From positions 174,592,001-174,656,000 of the forward strand of contig OZ024740.1 of NCBI GenBank assembly GCA_964016885.1: a stretch of DNA of 64,000 nucleotides. The letters run 5' to 3'. The notes under the pieces were generated by a model, which was not told the DNA's origin, searched no databases, and saw only the letters and a program-made list of their open reading frames with translations. Positions 1 through 13,067 of this stretch are shown here, piece by piece. Position numbers and translations under genes: made by a program. How positions within the stretch are numbered: the first letter of the stretch is position 1; each line of letters opens with the position of its first letter. Source of the DNA: Eledone cirrhosa (Eukaryota).

Positions 1-660
1 TCACTTTCCCTCTCTCTCTCTCTCTCTCTCGTTCTCCTTCTCCCTCGTTTTTCTCTTCTCTTTTTCTTTTTCTCTTTCTCTTTCTCACTCTCTCGTCCTC
101 GCTCCTCTCTCTCTCTCTCTCTCTCGCTTCTTCTCCCTCTCTCTCTCTCTTTCTCTATCAATTTCGTCCAATCAATCTCTGTCTTATTCTTCCTCTCCCT
201 CTCCCACTTTCTCTCCCTCCCTTTTTCTTTTTTCTCTCCCTTTCTCTCCTCTTCCTTTCTCCTTTTCTCATTCACTTTCTCTCATTCTCATCCTCCATAT
301 GTTTATAACTCATTTGTCCTCTTACTCCAACATCCATTCACTCTCTCACCCACTCTCTCACCCACCCTCTCACTCACCCTCTCACCCACTCTCTCACTCA
401 CCCTCTCACCCACTCTCTCACCCACCCTCTCACTCACTCTCTCACTCATCCACTCTCTCACTCACCCTCACACCCACTCTCTCACCCACCCTCTCACTCA
501 CTCTCTCACTCACCCTCTCACTCACCCTCTAACCCACTCTCTCGCCCACCCTCTCACTCACTCTCAAACACGCCCTCTCACTCACTCTCTCACACGCCCT
601 CTCCCTCTCACCCACTCTCCCACTCACCCTTCCATTCTCCCTCTCATTCATCCTCTCACA
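1..660. repeat. (CT)n-rich tract followed by a ~12-bp CTCTCAC(C/T)CAC minisatellite
   Basis: Directly visible pyrimidine tract 1-290 and repeated ctctcacccacc/ctctcactcacc units ~340-640. Confidence 0.9.
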
Positions 661-834
661 TCTTCCATTGTAATTCTCTGCCTCTTCTTTTTTACTATTT
701 CACTCTTTGTTTTTTAATTTAACTACCTACCTACAATTAGTTTATTGTTTCTCTCTCTCTTTCTCTCTCTCTCTCACCACTCGTTATCACTCTCCTCTCC
801 CTCTCTATTTCTCTCGCTCCCTTTCTCCTTTTCT

Positions 835-866
<32 letters not shown>

Positions 867-892
867 ATATATATATATATCTATCTATATAT

Positions 893-1791
893 CTCTGGCA
901 AGCGGGCCAGGCCATCGGTGGAGAATCCACCTCATCATTCTATAGAGGGCTGGTGGCTAGCAGGGGCGATGACACCCTTGGAGAGTCGCTGGACATGGAA
1001 GAAGACGAACTGGCCAGCCTGTTCGGTAGGACTTTCGGCCCAGGACCAATGGACAACTTCCAGAAGTCATTGGCCTGGCAGTGCTACCGAGGGGCTCTAC
1101 CCGTTCGAGAGAGGCTCTACAGACACGGGCGCCCGGGCAGGGATCCCTCAAAAAAGATTTGCCCTAGATGCGTGCGTCACGAAGAAACCGTTGCGCACGC
1201 ATTGGTGCAATGTCCGGGCGTGGCTGATCTGTGGGGCTACGCCGAACGACTGCTGTCGCGGGTGGCGCCGATTCAATTGACCGCCGAGTCCGTGATGACA
1301 ATCAAACCGCCTCCCCTCTTCACAAAGGAAGCAAAGGCGGTTTTTCTGTGCGTAATAGCCATGTTGAAAGAGGTTGTTTGGTGGACACGATTGAAAGGTC
1401 TGAGGTCAGGCAACTTCCTCTCTGGCCATAGTCTGGTCTACTTCTTCCGATATCACTTCGGAAGAAGGATAAGAATGGAGAGAGAGGTGCTTGGCCACAG
1501 GCAGTTTTATGAAAGGTGGGTGATAGTGGCGAGAATGGCTCGTGTAAATGGGCCTTCTCTGTATACCATCCTGTAGGTAAAGAAGTAAAGGAGAGGGGAG
1601 CACCTTCTCCATGTGCTCCCCGGGCAAAGGATTGCACACTTTTTCGGGGGTGTGTGCAACCCCCATCACGTCCCTTCCCTTTTGAGGTTATTTTCGATTA
1701 TTTTCATTTTATACCCTTTTTACTCGATTGTATGTAAACTCCCCCTTTGTATTTGTCCCTTCTTTTTATGCCTTTATGGTAAATAAAGAAA
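893..1791 (+). mobile_element. 5'-truncated Tx1/L1-clade non-LTR retrotransposon (ORF2 C-terminus with zf-RVT-like zinc finger plus 3' UTR)
   Basis: ORF 707-1576 contains WQCYRGALPV and CPRCVRHEETVAHALVQCP (CCHC-type zf-RVT). The 3' UTR ends aaataaagaa and both ends abut (TATC)n. Confidence 0.8.
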
Positions 1792-1814
1792 TATATCTAT
1801 CTATCTATGTATCT

Positions 1815-2984
1815 ATCTTCCAATTCCTTTGGAAGAAGCGGGCTCCTTTGGTGAGAAGATCCATCTGCTGCCAACACCCTTCCAACGGAGGGCTGGGCGT
1901 GCCGTGGCTGACGATGCGCAAACACGCGCTCAGGCTGCGACATCTCTACGTATTCGCCTCATGCTCGCCTCATGAACGGTGTGGGCCCCGTTCATGAGGC
2001 GAGCATTCCCACGACTCGTCTCGCTGACCGAGCTGCAGTCCTGGGTCAAGCAAAGACCGAGGAAAATGGGCGAATGGCACATCAAATGTGCTCAGGTGCT
2101 CACAGTCCTCTGGCAAGCGGACGCGGCGATCAGTGGAAACTCCACTTCGTCATTCTATAGAGGGTTGGTCTGCAGCAAGTGCGACGACGCGCTCGGAGAA
2201 ACTCTGGGCGAAGAGGAGGACGAACTGGCCAGTCTGTTTGGTAGGACCTCCCGCCCGGGACCGATGGACAACTTAAAAAAGTCCCTGGCCTGGCAGTGCT
2301 ACCGAGGAGCTGTACCAGTTCGAGACAAGCTCTACAGACACGGGTTCCCGGGCAGGGACCCTTCAAAAAAGATCTGTCCGAGATGCGTACGAGACGAAGA
2401 AACCGTCGCGCACGCATTTGTACACTGCCCGGGCGTTACCGACCTGTGGGGCTACGTAGAACGACTATTGTCGCGGGTGGGACCAATCCGGTTGACCACC
2501 GAGTCCATTGTCATGATCAAACCGCCACCCTCCTTCAAAAACAAAGGAGAGGTGGTTTTCCGTAGTGTGATAGCTATGGCGAAAGAGGTTGTATGGTGGA
2601 CGAGGTTAAAAGGGCTGAGGTCAGACACCTTTCTCTCCGGCCAACAACTAATTCTTTTTTTCAAATACCACTTTGGAAGAAGAATCAGGATGGAGAGAGA
2701 GGTGCTGTACCCCAGAAAGTTTTATGAAAGGTGGGTGAAAGTGGCGAGAATGGCCCGAGTGAATGAGAGAGGAAAGGGGTACAAACTCTTCGTACTCCTG
2801 GAGATGAGGGTTGCACATTTTTTCGGGGGTATGTGTTCCCCGTATGAAATGTCTCCCCTTATTGGGGAAAATCGATTAATTTTTAAATTGCATTTGTGAT
2901 AGTATTTTACACGTTTTTATTGTATGTAAACTTCCCCCTTTGTATTTGTCCCCTTCTTTTGTGCCCCTGTGGCTAATAAAGAAA
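1815..2984 (+). mobile_element. Second, longer 5'-truncated Tx1-like copy (frameshifted ORF2 C-terminus)
   Basis: IFQFLWKKRAPLVRRSICCQHPSNGGLGVP (L1/Tx1 post-RT GGLG motif), then ORF 1979-2899 paralogous to copy 1. Same 3' end, aataaagaaa followed by tatctatct. Confidence 0.8.
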
Positions 2985-2997
2985 CATATCTATCTAA

Positions 2998-3001
<4 letters not shown>

Positions 3002-3044
<43 letters not shown>

Positions 3045-3054
3045 CTGGCTGGCT

Positions 3055-3090
<36 letters not shown>

Positions 3091-3129
3091 CTGGCTGGCT
3101 GGCTGGCTGGCTGGCTGCTGGCTGGCTGG
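3002..3129. repeat. (CTGG)n microsatellite
   Basis: Direct reading. Confidence 0.95.
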
Positions 3130-3772
3130 TTATCTATGACTTGTGTTGCTCAAGGTTAAATTTTGAGTCGACCTGGGATAATCCGTTAATCCACTTTGAG
3201 GATAATTCGATGTGAGTTGATTAGAAAATAAATACTTTTCAATCTTTCCATAATATGACTATTCCCCCCACTTTTCTTTCGTTCTTTTTTTTAATTTTTA
3301 TTATGCCTAAAGAACTAATGATATCGCACGTGTGTAACAACTGGTCATTGCAATTCTTTCCAGGTGTCAACACCTGATAGTTTTGAGATGGGATAACCCA
3401 GTGAATTAATCATCACACTACTTGATAGAATTCTGTTGTGAATTTAAATTGGTTGGACCTGGACATATTTGGTTTTTTTAAGCGAAGGACAAATAACTCT
3501 AAGCTCTTGGGTTCATCTAACTGGTAATACTATTAATAGAACAAAAACAAAAGCAACGAAGAGGAAAAGAAAAAGTGAAAGTGGTGGTTGTGTATGTGCA
3601 CTCGTGTGCATATGTGCGTGTGTCATGTATATATATGTGTGTATGTGTGTATATATATATACATATATATATGTGTGTGTGCGTGCGCGCGCGCGTGATC
3701 TTCCTCTTATTAAATGAATATTTACCTATGAATTATATAATAATAACACACGTTTATCCATCTATCTATCTA

Positions 3773-3802
<30 letters not shown>

Positions 3803-3811
<9 letters not shown>

Positions 3812-3948
3812 ATACTTTGGGAGGTCATGTTGCCAATAAGAAACACACGCACCAGTTGCTTTCACTTCAATTTATAATAAATTGAAGTGAAAAACTGTTG
3901 CGTGTGTTTCTTATTGGCAACATGACCCTCCCAAAGTATAATAATATC
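3803..3948. repeat. Imperfect fold-back palindrome (~70-bp arms) next to (TA)n; probable Penelope-like terminal fragment
   Basis: tatactttgggaggtcatgttgccaataagaaacacacgca is mirrored by tgcgtgtgtttcttattggcaacatgaccctcccaaagtata, centre ~3876. PLE origin is inferred by analogy to the other fold-backs. Confidence 0.75.
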
Positions 3949-4873
3949 GGTTTCAACACACGTTTTCAGATAAAGAATCTTGCTACATAAATTCAGAAAC
4001 GAAATATATATATATATATATTCTGTTGATACAGAAACTAACAGCCAGAATAGAATCTATATATATTCGCCATATCTCATTTTATTTTTAAGAATATAGC
4101 ACAAATGTTTTTGAAGTGAATATTTTTCTAAAATAATGTTTTGGGATAAAAAGCAAAATAAAGAAGGTCGAGAATGGTTCATGATTTATACATTTTGAAG
4201 GATCGCTGATACACTTTTGTAAATAAAAGAAAACCAAAGTCGATTTATACATTCTCTTTCACTGCTAGATTCAATTTCAAGTACGCGTTTTCATCCATCT
4301 CTAACATCATATTGGGAAAGTCGATGAATGTGGCACTGCATACCTTAATTATAAGCATTCGTATGATCAGTTATCCATTATTAAGTATACATTTACTGAT
4401 ATCTGTGCATATGGATAAAACAAATTTAATAAAACATCCGTGTATAGTTTTTTGTTAGCCCATTTTTCAATGAAATTTACAATAGCTTCCATTTCGGAAG
4501 GAGTGTGATATACGTTTCTGATGCAAGTATATCCACACATCCACATGCATATATACAGACACATATGTATGCATGGAAGGAACTATGCATGTATGTATGT
4601 ATGTATTTGTGTATGGAAAATATTTTTTTCCTTGATAGCGAGGTTCCCATATGCTTAGTGTATATAAATAATATAGTATTTGTTTTCATATACATCGGTT
4701 TTACGGTTAATGCTGCCAATTAGTTATAACGAGCCAAGTTCACACTATATACAAATGAGCATTTCCAGCCAATGTTTTCTATTTGTTATATACAAATGAC
4801 CATCACCAGCAAATGATCACCACGCAAAAACTATATAGAGTGTAGTCTATTTTCATGTCAGTACTGGTTTAAT

Positions 4874-4926
4874 GAATGTCACTGATGAGAGAATAATGAA
4901 ACTTGAAACAGCGTTGTCTGGCATTC
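4874..4926 (+). ncRNA. Minimal type I hammerhead ribozyme motif
   Basis: Stem I gaatgtca/tggcattc; CTGATGA 4882-4888; weak stem II gag...ctt; GAAA 4905-4908; near-palindromic stem III acagcgttgt; GTC cleavage triplet 4916-4918. Confidence 0.65.
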
Positions 4927-7230
4927 TCGACTGCTACTGATATCTCTGTGTTGTGTTCACAGGAAAAAAAGAAAAATAATATTTTCTTAGCGAAACATAT
5001 TCTATCTTTGATAGCGAGGCTCTCTTATGTGTTTGGTATATAATCATATACTATATATTTCCATATACACCCATTTGATGAATCCCGCTATCTTAATACC
5101 ACTTCTAATATATATGTAGGCTTTAGCTTAACTTCATGTATGAGTGATTTCGACCATCATAAATGAACACATTCGGTGTAAATAAATTGCATTCGTCTAA
5201 TGCAACTCTACAGTAATTCTGGCTCACTTTACCTCTTCACTTCATCCAACATACTTTCAAACATGTCTTCCACACAACTGTTCTATTCCAATAAGCAATA
5301 ATATATTCCTTAATATAATTTTATATTTCTACAAATCCTACTCGATTCAACTTTTATAATGCAGTCTACAAGTCAGTCATTATACAACCATCACCACCAC
5401 CACCACCACCCTTACGATAGACGTACGCATAAAACTGGTATCTACAACTACAGAACTGAAATGTTGACGAAGTCACTGAATCTTCTTTCTACTCAATACA
5501 ACAATTTCGCTTAAATTCAGCAGCAGACCATTCAATTCTGTTTAAAAGTTTATCACAGTATTTACCTATATCTGAGAGATTAGACACGCTCTGTACTTTA
5601 ATACAGAGATTACATTTCATATAGCTATAGTTATATTGTATAGCGTAGAATTCATCTTAAATATCATTTTAGAGAGCATTACAATAGGGAAAAAATACTG
5701 CTGAATTTATAGTTTTCATATATTTCAAGACATCGATTTAATGAAACATGTACTTTTACTCTCTGAAGCTAGTCGATGATTTTATATTACCTACCAGCAT
5801 ATATTAATGTTCAATTATTACTAAGAATTGGCTACATAATTGTCGCTTCAAGTTTTTCGTAAGCATTTTTTTCAAGGATGTTTTTCAAGGTATTTCCATC
5901 TGTCTACTTTAAAAAAATCTCACGTATATATTTTACAAGAAGGACAATATTTTGGCAATTGATATTAAATTTTTCCCTTCTACATTCAAAATCTCGGTGA
6001 AGTCAATTTTGCTTTTTAACTTCGATGTTGATAAATAGGTACCAGTCAAAATATAATCATCTTGTTTTGTGGAAACCCTTTTTTTTATATATCTATAGAA
6101 ATTATCTTTCTACGTATTTTAGATAAGCGAAAACATACACGTAAAAAATTAAAGTTATGTATAAATGTCTTGCAAAGATATTTATTACAATGTAGAATTT
6201 ATTTGATTCTTGTATACGGAAACAGAAAGGGAACCATCTTTAGTAAGTTCAGACTATAATGAAATACTTGCAAGCTTTATTACAAATATCCTATGGCTGC
6301 AGTATTGTGTTTAAGGAGCATGCCAGGAGTTGCACAATCCTCCACAATTTACAAACTTTTAATGACTAACTATACCGATAAAAACGCTTGATACTTCATA
6401 ATTTATAATCTGCAACTGGAATTTTACCATTCTATTTGATTACTATTCCGAGTTTAATATCTAATTAAAAGTTGCTATCTCAATCGCACGCGAATAAGAA
6501 TTATTAGCATGTTTAACCATTGACCTGTTCGATTGGAATGTTTAAAACCTCACACTTTTAATGTTTTCGTATAGTGTCATTGATATACTCTGGTCATAAT
6601 ATGTCATCTGTTGTATAATTGACCGATGCTATAGCTATTAATATATTAATGTGACACAATCCTCAATGTCAGTACACGTGATTATAAACACGTCAGTACA
6701 CGTGATTATTATTCATTGAGCAGAAAAGTCACTAAAACGAGTAAATGTATGTGAAAGAATATCAGCGTTTGTAGAAAGATGAACGACAGTGCTTGAGTTT
6801 ACTTACTGTATACGTCATCTGTTTCATTAAAATATATGAAAATGAATAAATCAATATTTTCTCTCATAAACGTCGAATAGTACCAAGCGTGATAAAATCA
6901 ATTACTCCACTCTTCTTATTCAATAAGAGACTGACTCCCTTCAATTTGGTGAAAAAGAAATTCTTCTGTGATGTCCATGCCCTCCTGAATTCATTAAAAA
7001 CGAAAGTACAGTGAAATATCTACACCCGAGACACAAAACAAAGATGCAGGCTCAGTTCGCCGGAAACTTACTTTCTACTATTCAATTCAATTCAATTTAT
7101 TGTCATTGTATATAAATACAATAGGATGTATCTCAAGTTACAGGAATAAAAAGAAAGAACACGGACAACAATACGTATCAATTAAATTACAGTTGATATA
7201 TACATTCAAATATATAAAGGCCTTTTAGAT

Positions 7231-7357
<127 letters not shown>

Positions 7358-7460
7358 CAATATTTACAAAAATAATATAATTTGTCCAAAAATATATTGA
7401 TCCATTAGTGGTAGGCAATACTGAAAAAAATACCTGCTTCCAATTCTACAGCCTAACATA

Positions 7461-7501
<41 letters not shown>

Positions 7502-7889
7502 TCACATACACACACACACACACATACATTCACATATGTACACACATACACATTCTTTAAAAAGTCTATCAGCCGAAGAGACCTTTTCTGAAGAATACTA
7601 CTTAACTACAGACGTACCTGTTGGTGTTCTCTACTATGTTTCTTGAACAACTACTACGACATACTTTACTCTCATACACCTACATAATATCTCTCTACAA
7701 TATTCCTCTGCTGCCAGTATTCTAAGACGAATCTATTGTCTACTCTATTATGTCAAGCATACACATATCGACCGTTGCTCTACAAATCCTCTTCTAGTTA
7801 GTGTTAGCTTTCTACTGGGCCAGGAATAACTGTGACCTCAATTTACCACTGGACGCTTTCACCGTAATATACTATATTGAAACAAAATT

Positions 7890-8442
<553 letters not shown>

Positions 8443-8937
8443 AGTTTAGGTATGATACATTTTATTACTAATTATATCTAAATGTTTCTTCTCTCTTCAT
8501 AATGTATTTTTAACTCTGATACTGGTTCAGTCTAGTTCAACTGAATTGGTCTGTCCCAGTCATTCATTGAGCAACATCGGTGAAGTTGGCACCCTTAACT
8601 CACAGTTGGGTGCGGATGCATTCATGTATATATGTGTATGTCCGCATGTATCTGTGTGTTTCTAAATATATTGTTAATAACTCCCTCTGGTCGAGCAATC
8701 TTTGAAGTGTGGGGACAGCTGGAAAGCTTCCATTACTCATACTTCTCGCCTTCTTCACCACCTCTTCTACGGCCTCGATATAAATACCCCCTCCGCCTCC
8801 GTGGTATTTTCATCGGGGTTATAAGAGGCTTAGCTCTGTTTCTCGACCGTTATATCGCGTGACTATCTCCCCCTCCGCCTTTTGGGATTCTTTCTCACGT
8901 CGTGTGGACGCGTTCTTGAGACTAGTAAAATGAGGTA

Positions 8938-9027
8938 TCCTCTTGATAAGTCGGCAGACCTCGCAGGGACTCTATATCTTTATGATATATTGTTTTTGTT
9001 TATGCCACGAAACTACGTAGTCGAGGA
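8938..9027 (+). ncRNA. Type I hammerhead ribozyme motif, unit 1
   Basis: Stem I tcctc/gagga; core TTGATAA 8943-8949; stem II gt(c)ggca...tgccac; GAAA 9009-9012; perfect palindrome ACTACGTAGT; predicted cleavage after GTC (C9022). Confidence 0.75.
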
Positions 9028-9532
9028 ATTTAGGAGCAGTTTAGGTATGATACATTTTATTACTAATTATATCTAAATGTTTCTTCTCTCTTCATAATGT
9101 ATTTTTAACTCTGATACTGGTTCAGTCTAGTTCAACTGAATTGGTCTGTCCCAGTCATTCATTGAGCAACATCGGTGAAGTTGGCACCCTTAACTCACAG
9201 TTGGGTGCGGATGCATTCATGTATATATGTGTATGTCCGCATGTATCTGTGTGTTTCTAAATATATTGTTAATAACTCCCTCTGGTCGAGCAATCTTTGA
9301 AGTGTGGGGACAGCTGGAAAGCTTCCATTACTCATACTTCTCGCCTTCTTCACCACCTCTTCTACGGCCTCGATATAAATACCCCCTCCGCCTCCGTGGT
9401 ATTTTCATCGGGGTTATAAGAGGCTTAGCTCTGTTTCTCGACCGTTATATCGCGTGACTATCTCCCCCTCCGCCTTTTGGGATTCTTTCTCACGTCGTGT
9501 GGACGCGTTCTTGAGACTAGTAAAATGAGGTA

Positions 9533-9622
9533 TCCTCTTGATAAGTCGGCAGACCTCGCAGGGACTCTATATCTTTATGATATATTGTTTTTGTTTATGC
9601 CACGAAACTACGTAGTCGAGGA
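9533..9622 (+). ncRNA. Type I hammerhead ribozyme motif, unit 2
   Basis: Identical to 8938-9027. Confidence 0.75.
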
Positions 9623-10127
9623 ATTTAGGAGCAGTTTAGGTATGATACATTTTATTACTAATTATATCTAAATGTTTCTTCTCTCTTCATAATGTATTTT
9701 TAACTCTGATACTGGTTCAGTCTAGTTCAACTGAATTGGTCTGTCCCAGTCATTCATTGAGCAACATCGGTGAAGTTGGCACCCTTAACTCACAGTTGGG
9801 TGCGGATGCATTCATGTATATATGTGTATGTCCGCATGTATCTGTGTGTTTCTAAATATATTGTTAATAACTCCCTCTGGTCGAGCAATCTTTGAAGTGT
9901 GGGGACAGCTGGAAAGCTTCCATTACTCATACTTCTCGCCTTCTTCACCACCTCTTCTACGGCCTCGATATAAATACCCCCTCCGCCTCCGTGGTATTTT
10001 CATCGGGGTTATAAGAGGCTTAGCTCTGTTTCTCGACCGTTATATCGCGTGACTATCTCCCCCTCCGCCTTTTGGGATTCTTTCTCACGTCGTGTGGACG
10101 CGTTCTTGAGACTAGTAAAATGAGGTA

Positions 10128-10217
10128 TCCTCTTGATAAGTCGGCAGACCTCGCAGGGACTCTATATCTTTATGATATATTGTTTTTGTTTATGCCACGA
10201 AACTACGTAGTCGAAGA
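10128..10217 (+). ncRNA. Type I hammerhead ribozyme motif, unit 3 (stem I mismatch)
   Basis: As unit 1, but G>A at 10215 (gagga to gaaga) breaks one stem I pair. Confidence 0.7.
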
Positions 10218-10722
10218 ATTTAGGAGCAGTTTAGGTATGATACATTTTATTACTAATTATATCTAAATGTTTCTTCTCTCTTCATAATGTATTTTTAACT
10301 CTGATACTGGTTCAGTCTAGTTCAACTGAATTGGTCTGTCCCAGTCATTCATTGAGCAACATCGGTGAAGTTGGCACCCTTAACTCACAGTTGGGTGCGG
10401 ATGCATTCATGTATATATGTGTATGTCCGCATGTATCTGTGTGTTTCTAAATATATTGTTAATAACTCCCTCTGGTCGAGCAATCTTTGAAGTGTGGGGA
10501 CAGCTGGAAAGCTTCCATTACTCATACTTCTCGCCTTCTTCACCACCTCTTCTACGGCCTCGATATAAATACCCCCTCCGCCTCCGTGGTATTTTCATCG
10601 GGGTTATAAGAGGCTTAGCTCTGTTTCTCGACCGTTATATCGCGTGACTATCTCCCCCTCCGCCTTTTGGGATTCTTTCTCACGTCGTGTGGACGCGTTC
10701 TTGAGACTAGTAAAATGAGGTA

Positions 10723-10812
10723 TCCTCTTGATAAGTCGGCAGACCTCGCAGGGACTCTATATCTTTATGATATATTGTTTTTGTTTATGCCACGAAACTA
10801 CGTAGTCGAGGA
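10723..10812 (+). ncRNA. Type I hammerhead ribozyme motif, unit 4
   Basis: Identical to 8938-9027. Confidence 0.75.
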
Positions 10813-10878
10813 ATTTAGGAGCAGTTTAGGTATGATACATTTTATTACTAATTATATCTAAATGTTTCTTCTCTCTTC

Positions 10879-10916
<38 letters not shown>

Positions 10917-10921
<5 letters not shown>

Positions 10922-11112
10922 GTACTGGCAGTGAAACCGATGCTAGTCTCGTCAACTTATTATTAACTCAAAACTCAAAACTCTTACTTTAGTCCAGAAA
11001 TAGCCGTCGAAACGGCTTGAGCTCTGCCGTCGGGGTCTTACTCTCTACTACCCTAAGTATTGAGTACTCTGGTGCGTTATTGTCCATCTGGTTCCTTACC
11101 ACAACTCCAGCG

Positions 11113-11113
<1 letters not shown>
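10917..11113 (+). mobile_element. Short (TA)n-flanked PLE-like terminal fragment carrying the 3' half of a hammerhead
   Basis: GAAA-cggc-ttgagctct-gccg-TC-ggggtc at 11009-11037. Homologous to 51328-51534. Confidence 0.5.
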
Positions 11114-11176
<63 letters not shown>

Positions 11177-11779
11177 GTGTGTGTGTGTATATTTAATTTT
11201 TATTTTTATTTTGTAATGTATTTCTATAATCTTCCGTGAACGCAGTATGTTGTTTTGACGAGTGATAAGAGAAAGAGAAGAAAACACTTTCAAAAATCAA
11301 TAATTCTTGATTATAAATACGCACAACATGCATTCAGTATTCACCACAGAGTAATGTTAAGTCCCTGCAGATCAGGATATACGAAAGGTTTCAATACCTC
11401 TCTTATACTATTAATGTCCCCTGGGGAAAGCATGGACGTCACACATTTCAATGACTAACTCTTTAAATCTGGCTTTTTTTGTCTTCGTAATTATGTAGTA
11501 AATACATCCATTATTTGTATTTGTGTTGTTTTTGCATACATATAAATAGATCTTACCTTGGATTCGACGTCGAGTGCTCCAGATGTTTGATCAACAAGAT
11601 TAGCTTCTCATTGAACAATTGTTGCAGAGTACTCCACAATTATACATCTAACACAATCTTCAAGAGGAATCTATAGTGACATAGTGTTTGGTAATTCTGC
11701 TCATTTTAATTACGGAGTTTCTGTGTACACAATTTCACTCAAAAGGTTTAATTCGTCCTATAATAGAATAAAATTAAAC

Positions 11780-12300
11780 AGTGTGTTGTATTTTGAAATG
11801 GAACCCGGGTAGAACAGAGCCGATTATCAGCCGAGTCCTTCATAGATATCGGTTCAACACACTCATTTAAACGGGAAGGGTGGACAGTCTTTCTCTGTCT
11901 GGTGACCATAGCAAATGAAGTCTGTGATGGTCAAGTTTAAGAGGACTAAGGACAGACTCCTTCCTCATCAGTCAAACTCTCCTCGACTTTTCAAGTTCCA
12001 CTCGCAAAGAAAGGAGAAAGTGGAGAGGAAGGTCCTCTCTTCCAATAAATTTCACAAAAGGTGGATGACTTTAGTTAAAATGGTTCTAAGTTTTGCATGA
12101 CTCTGTAGATCGGAAAATGTAATTCAGAAGAGAGAAGGCACACTGGATTTGTGGTGTTTCTAGATTGTCCTCATTTGAATGCTTTCCTATAGCAGAAAAC
12201 TATTTTTCGTCATGTATGGTATGTATACCTTTTTCGATCCGGTTTTATGTAAACACCCAGACTTTATGTAACCATTGATACGGCGCCCTTGTGCTTAAAT
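11780..12300 (+). mobile_element. Old degenerate Tx1-like 3' end
   Basis: FKFHSQRKEKVERKVLSSNKFHKRWMTLVKM aligns by eye to FKYHFGRRIRMEREVLYPRKFYERWVKVARM of the Tx1 copy at 1815-2984. Similar tatgtaaac 3' UTR. Confidence 0.55.
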
Positions 12301-12314
12301 TAGAAATCATTATT

Positions 12315-12738
12315 GGTGGATTGGCAGTATCGGTAGAGGGTCGGACGCCATGCTTTGACACATAGAGTTACGGTCCTTGCCATTCTGAGTTCAAATCCCG
12401 CCGAGGTTAACTTTGCCTTTCATCCTTACGGGGTCGATAAAATAAAGTACCAGTAATGCACTGGGTAATTGCTGGCCTTGTGCCAAAAGTAGAAACAATT
12501 ATTATAACTATTGGTATCAAAAAGACGGTGGAGTGGCAGAATCGTTAGATCATCGAACAAAATGCTTTGCATCATTTAGTTACAGCCCTTTACCTTTTGA
12601 TTTCAAATCCGGCCGTCATCATCTTTGCTTTTCATCTTTTTAGGGTCGATAAATAAAGTACCAGTCAAGTACTGGTGTTAATTTAATTGAGTTCTTCCCC
12701 TTTATGTTATTAGTCATGTGACTAAATCAGAAACCATT
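12315..12738 (+). mobile_element. Two tandem copies of an abundant tRNA-derived SINE (Meta-SINE-like core)
   Basis: A-box-like tggcagtatcgg, B-box gagttcaaatccc, core gcctttcatccttacggggtcgataaaataaagtaccag, tail gaaacaattatt. About 20 related copies occur in the window. Confidence 0.8.
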
Positions 12739-12831
12739 ACGATCATTATTTCAACTATACATGTAAGCATTATCTGCACCTCTTAGCTATTGCCATTATA
12801 TTTATTAAAAATCTGCGCAATTTGCACAATA

Positions 12832-13064
<233 letters not shown>

Positions 13065-13067
13065 GCA

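Noticed and set aside
11940-11980. Minus-strand CTGATGA suggesting a hammerhead
   Set aside because: No properly placed GAAA or stem I; it lies inside a degenerate Tx1 coding remnant.
12360-12410. tRNA gene suggested by gagttcaaatccc
   Set aside because: No cloverleaf; it is the B box of a multi-copy SINE head.
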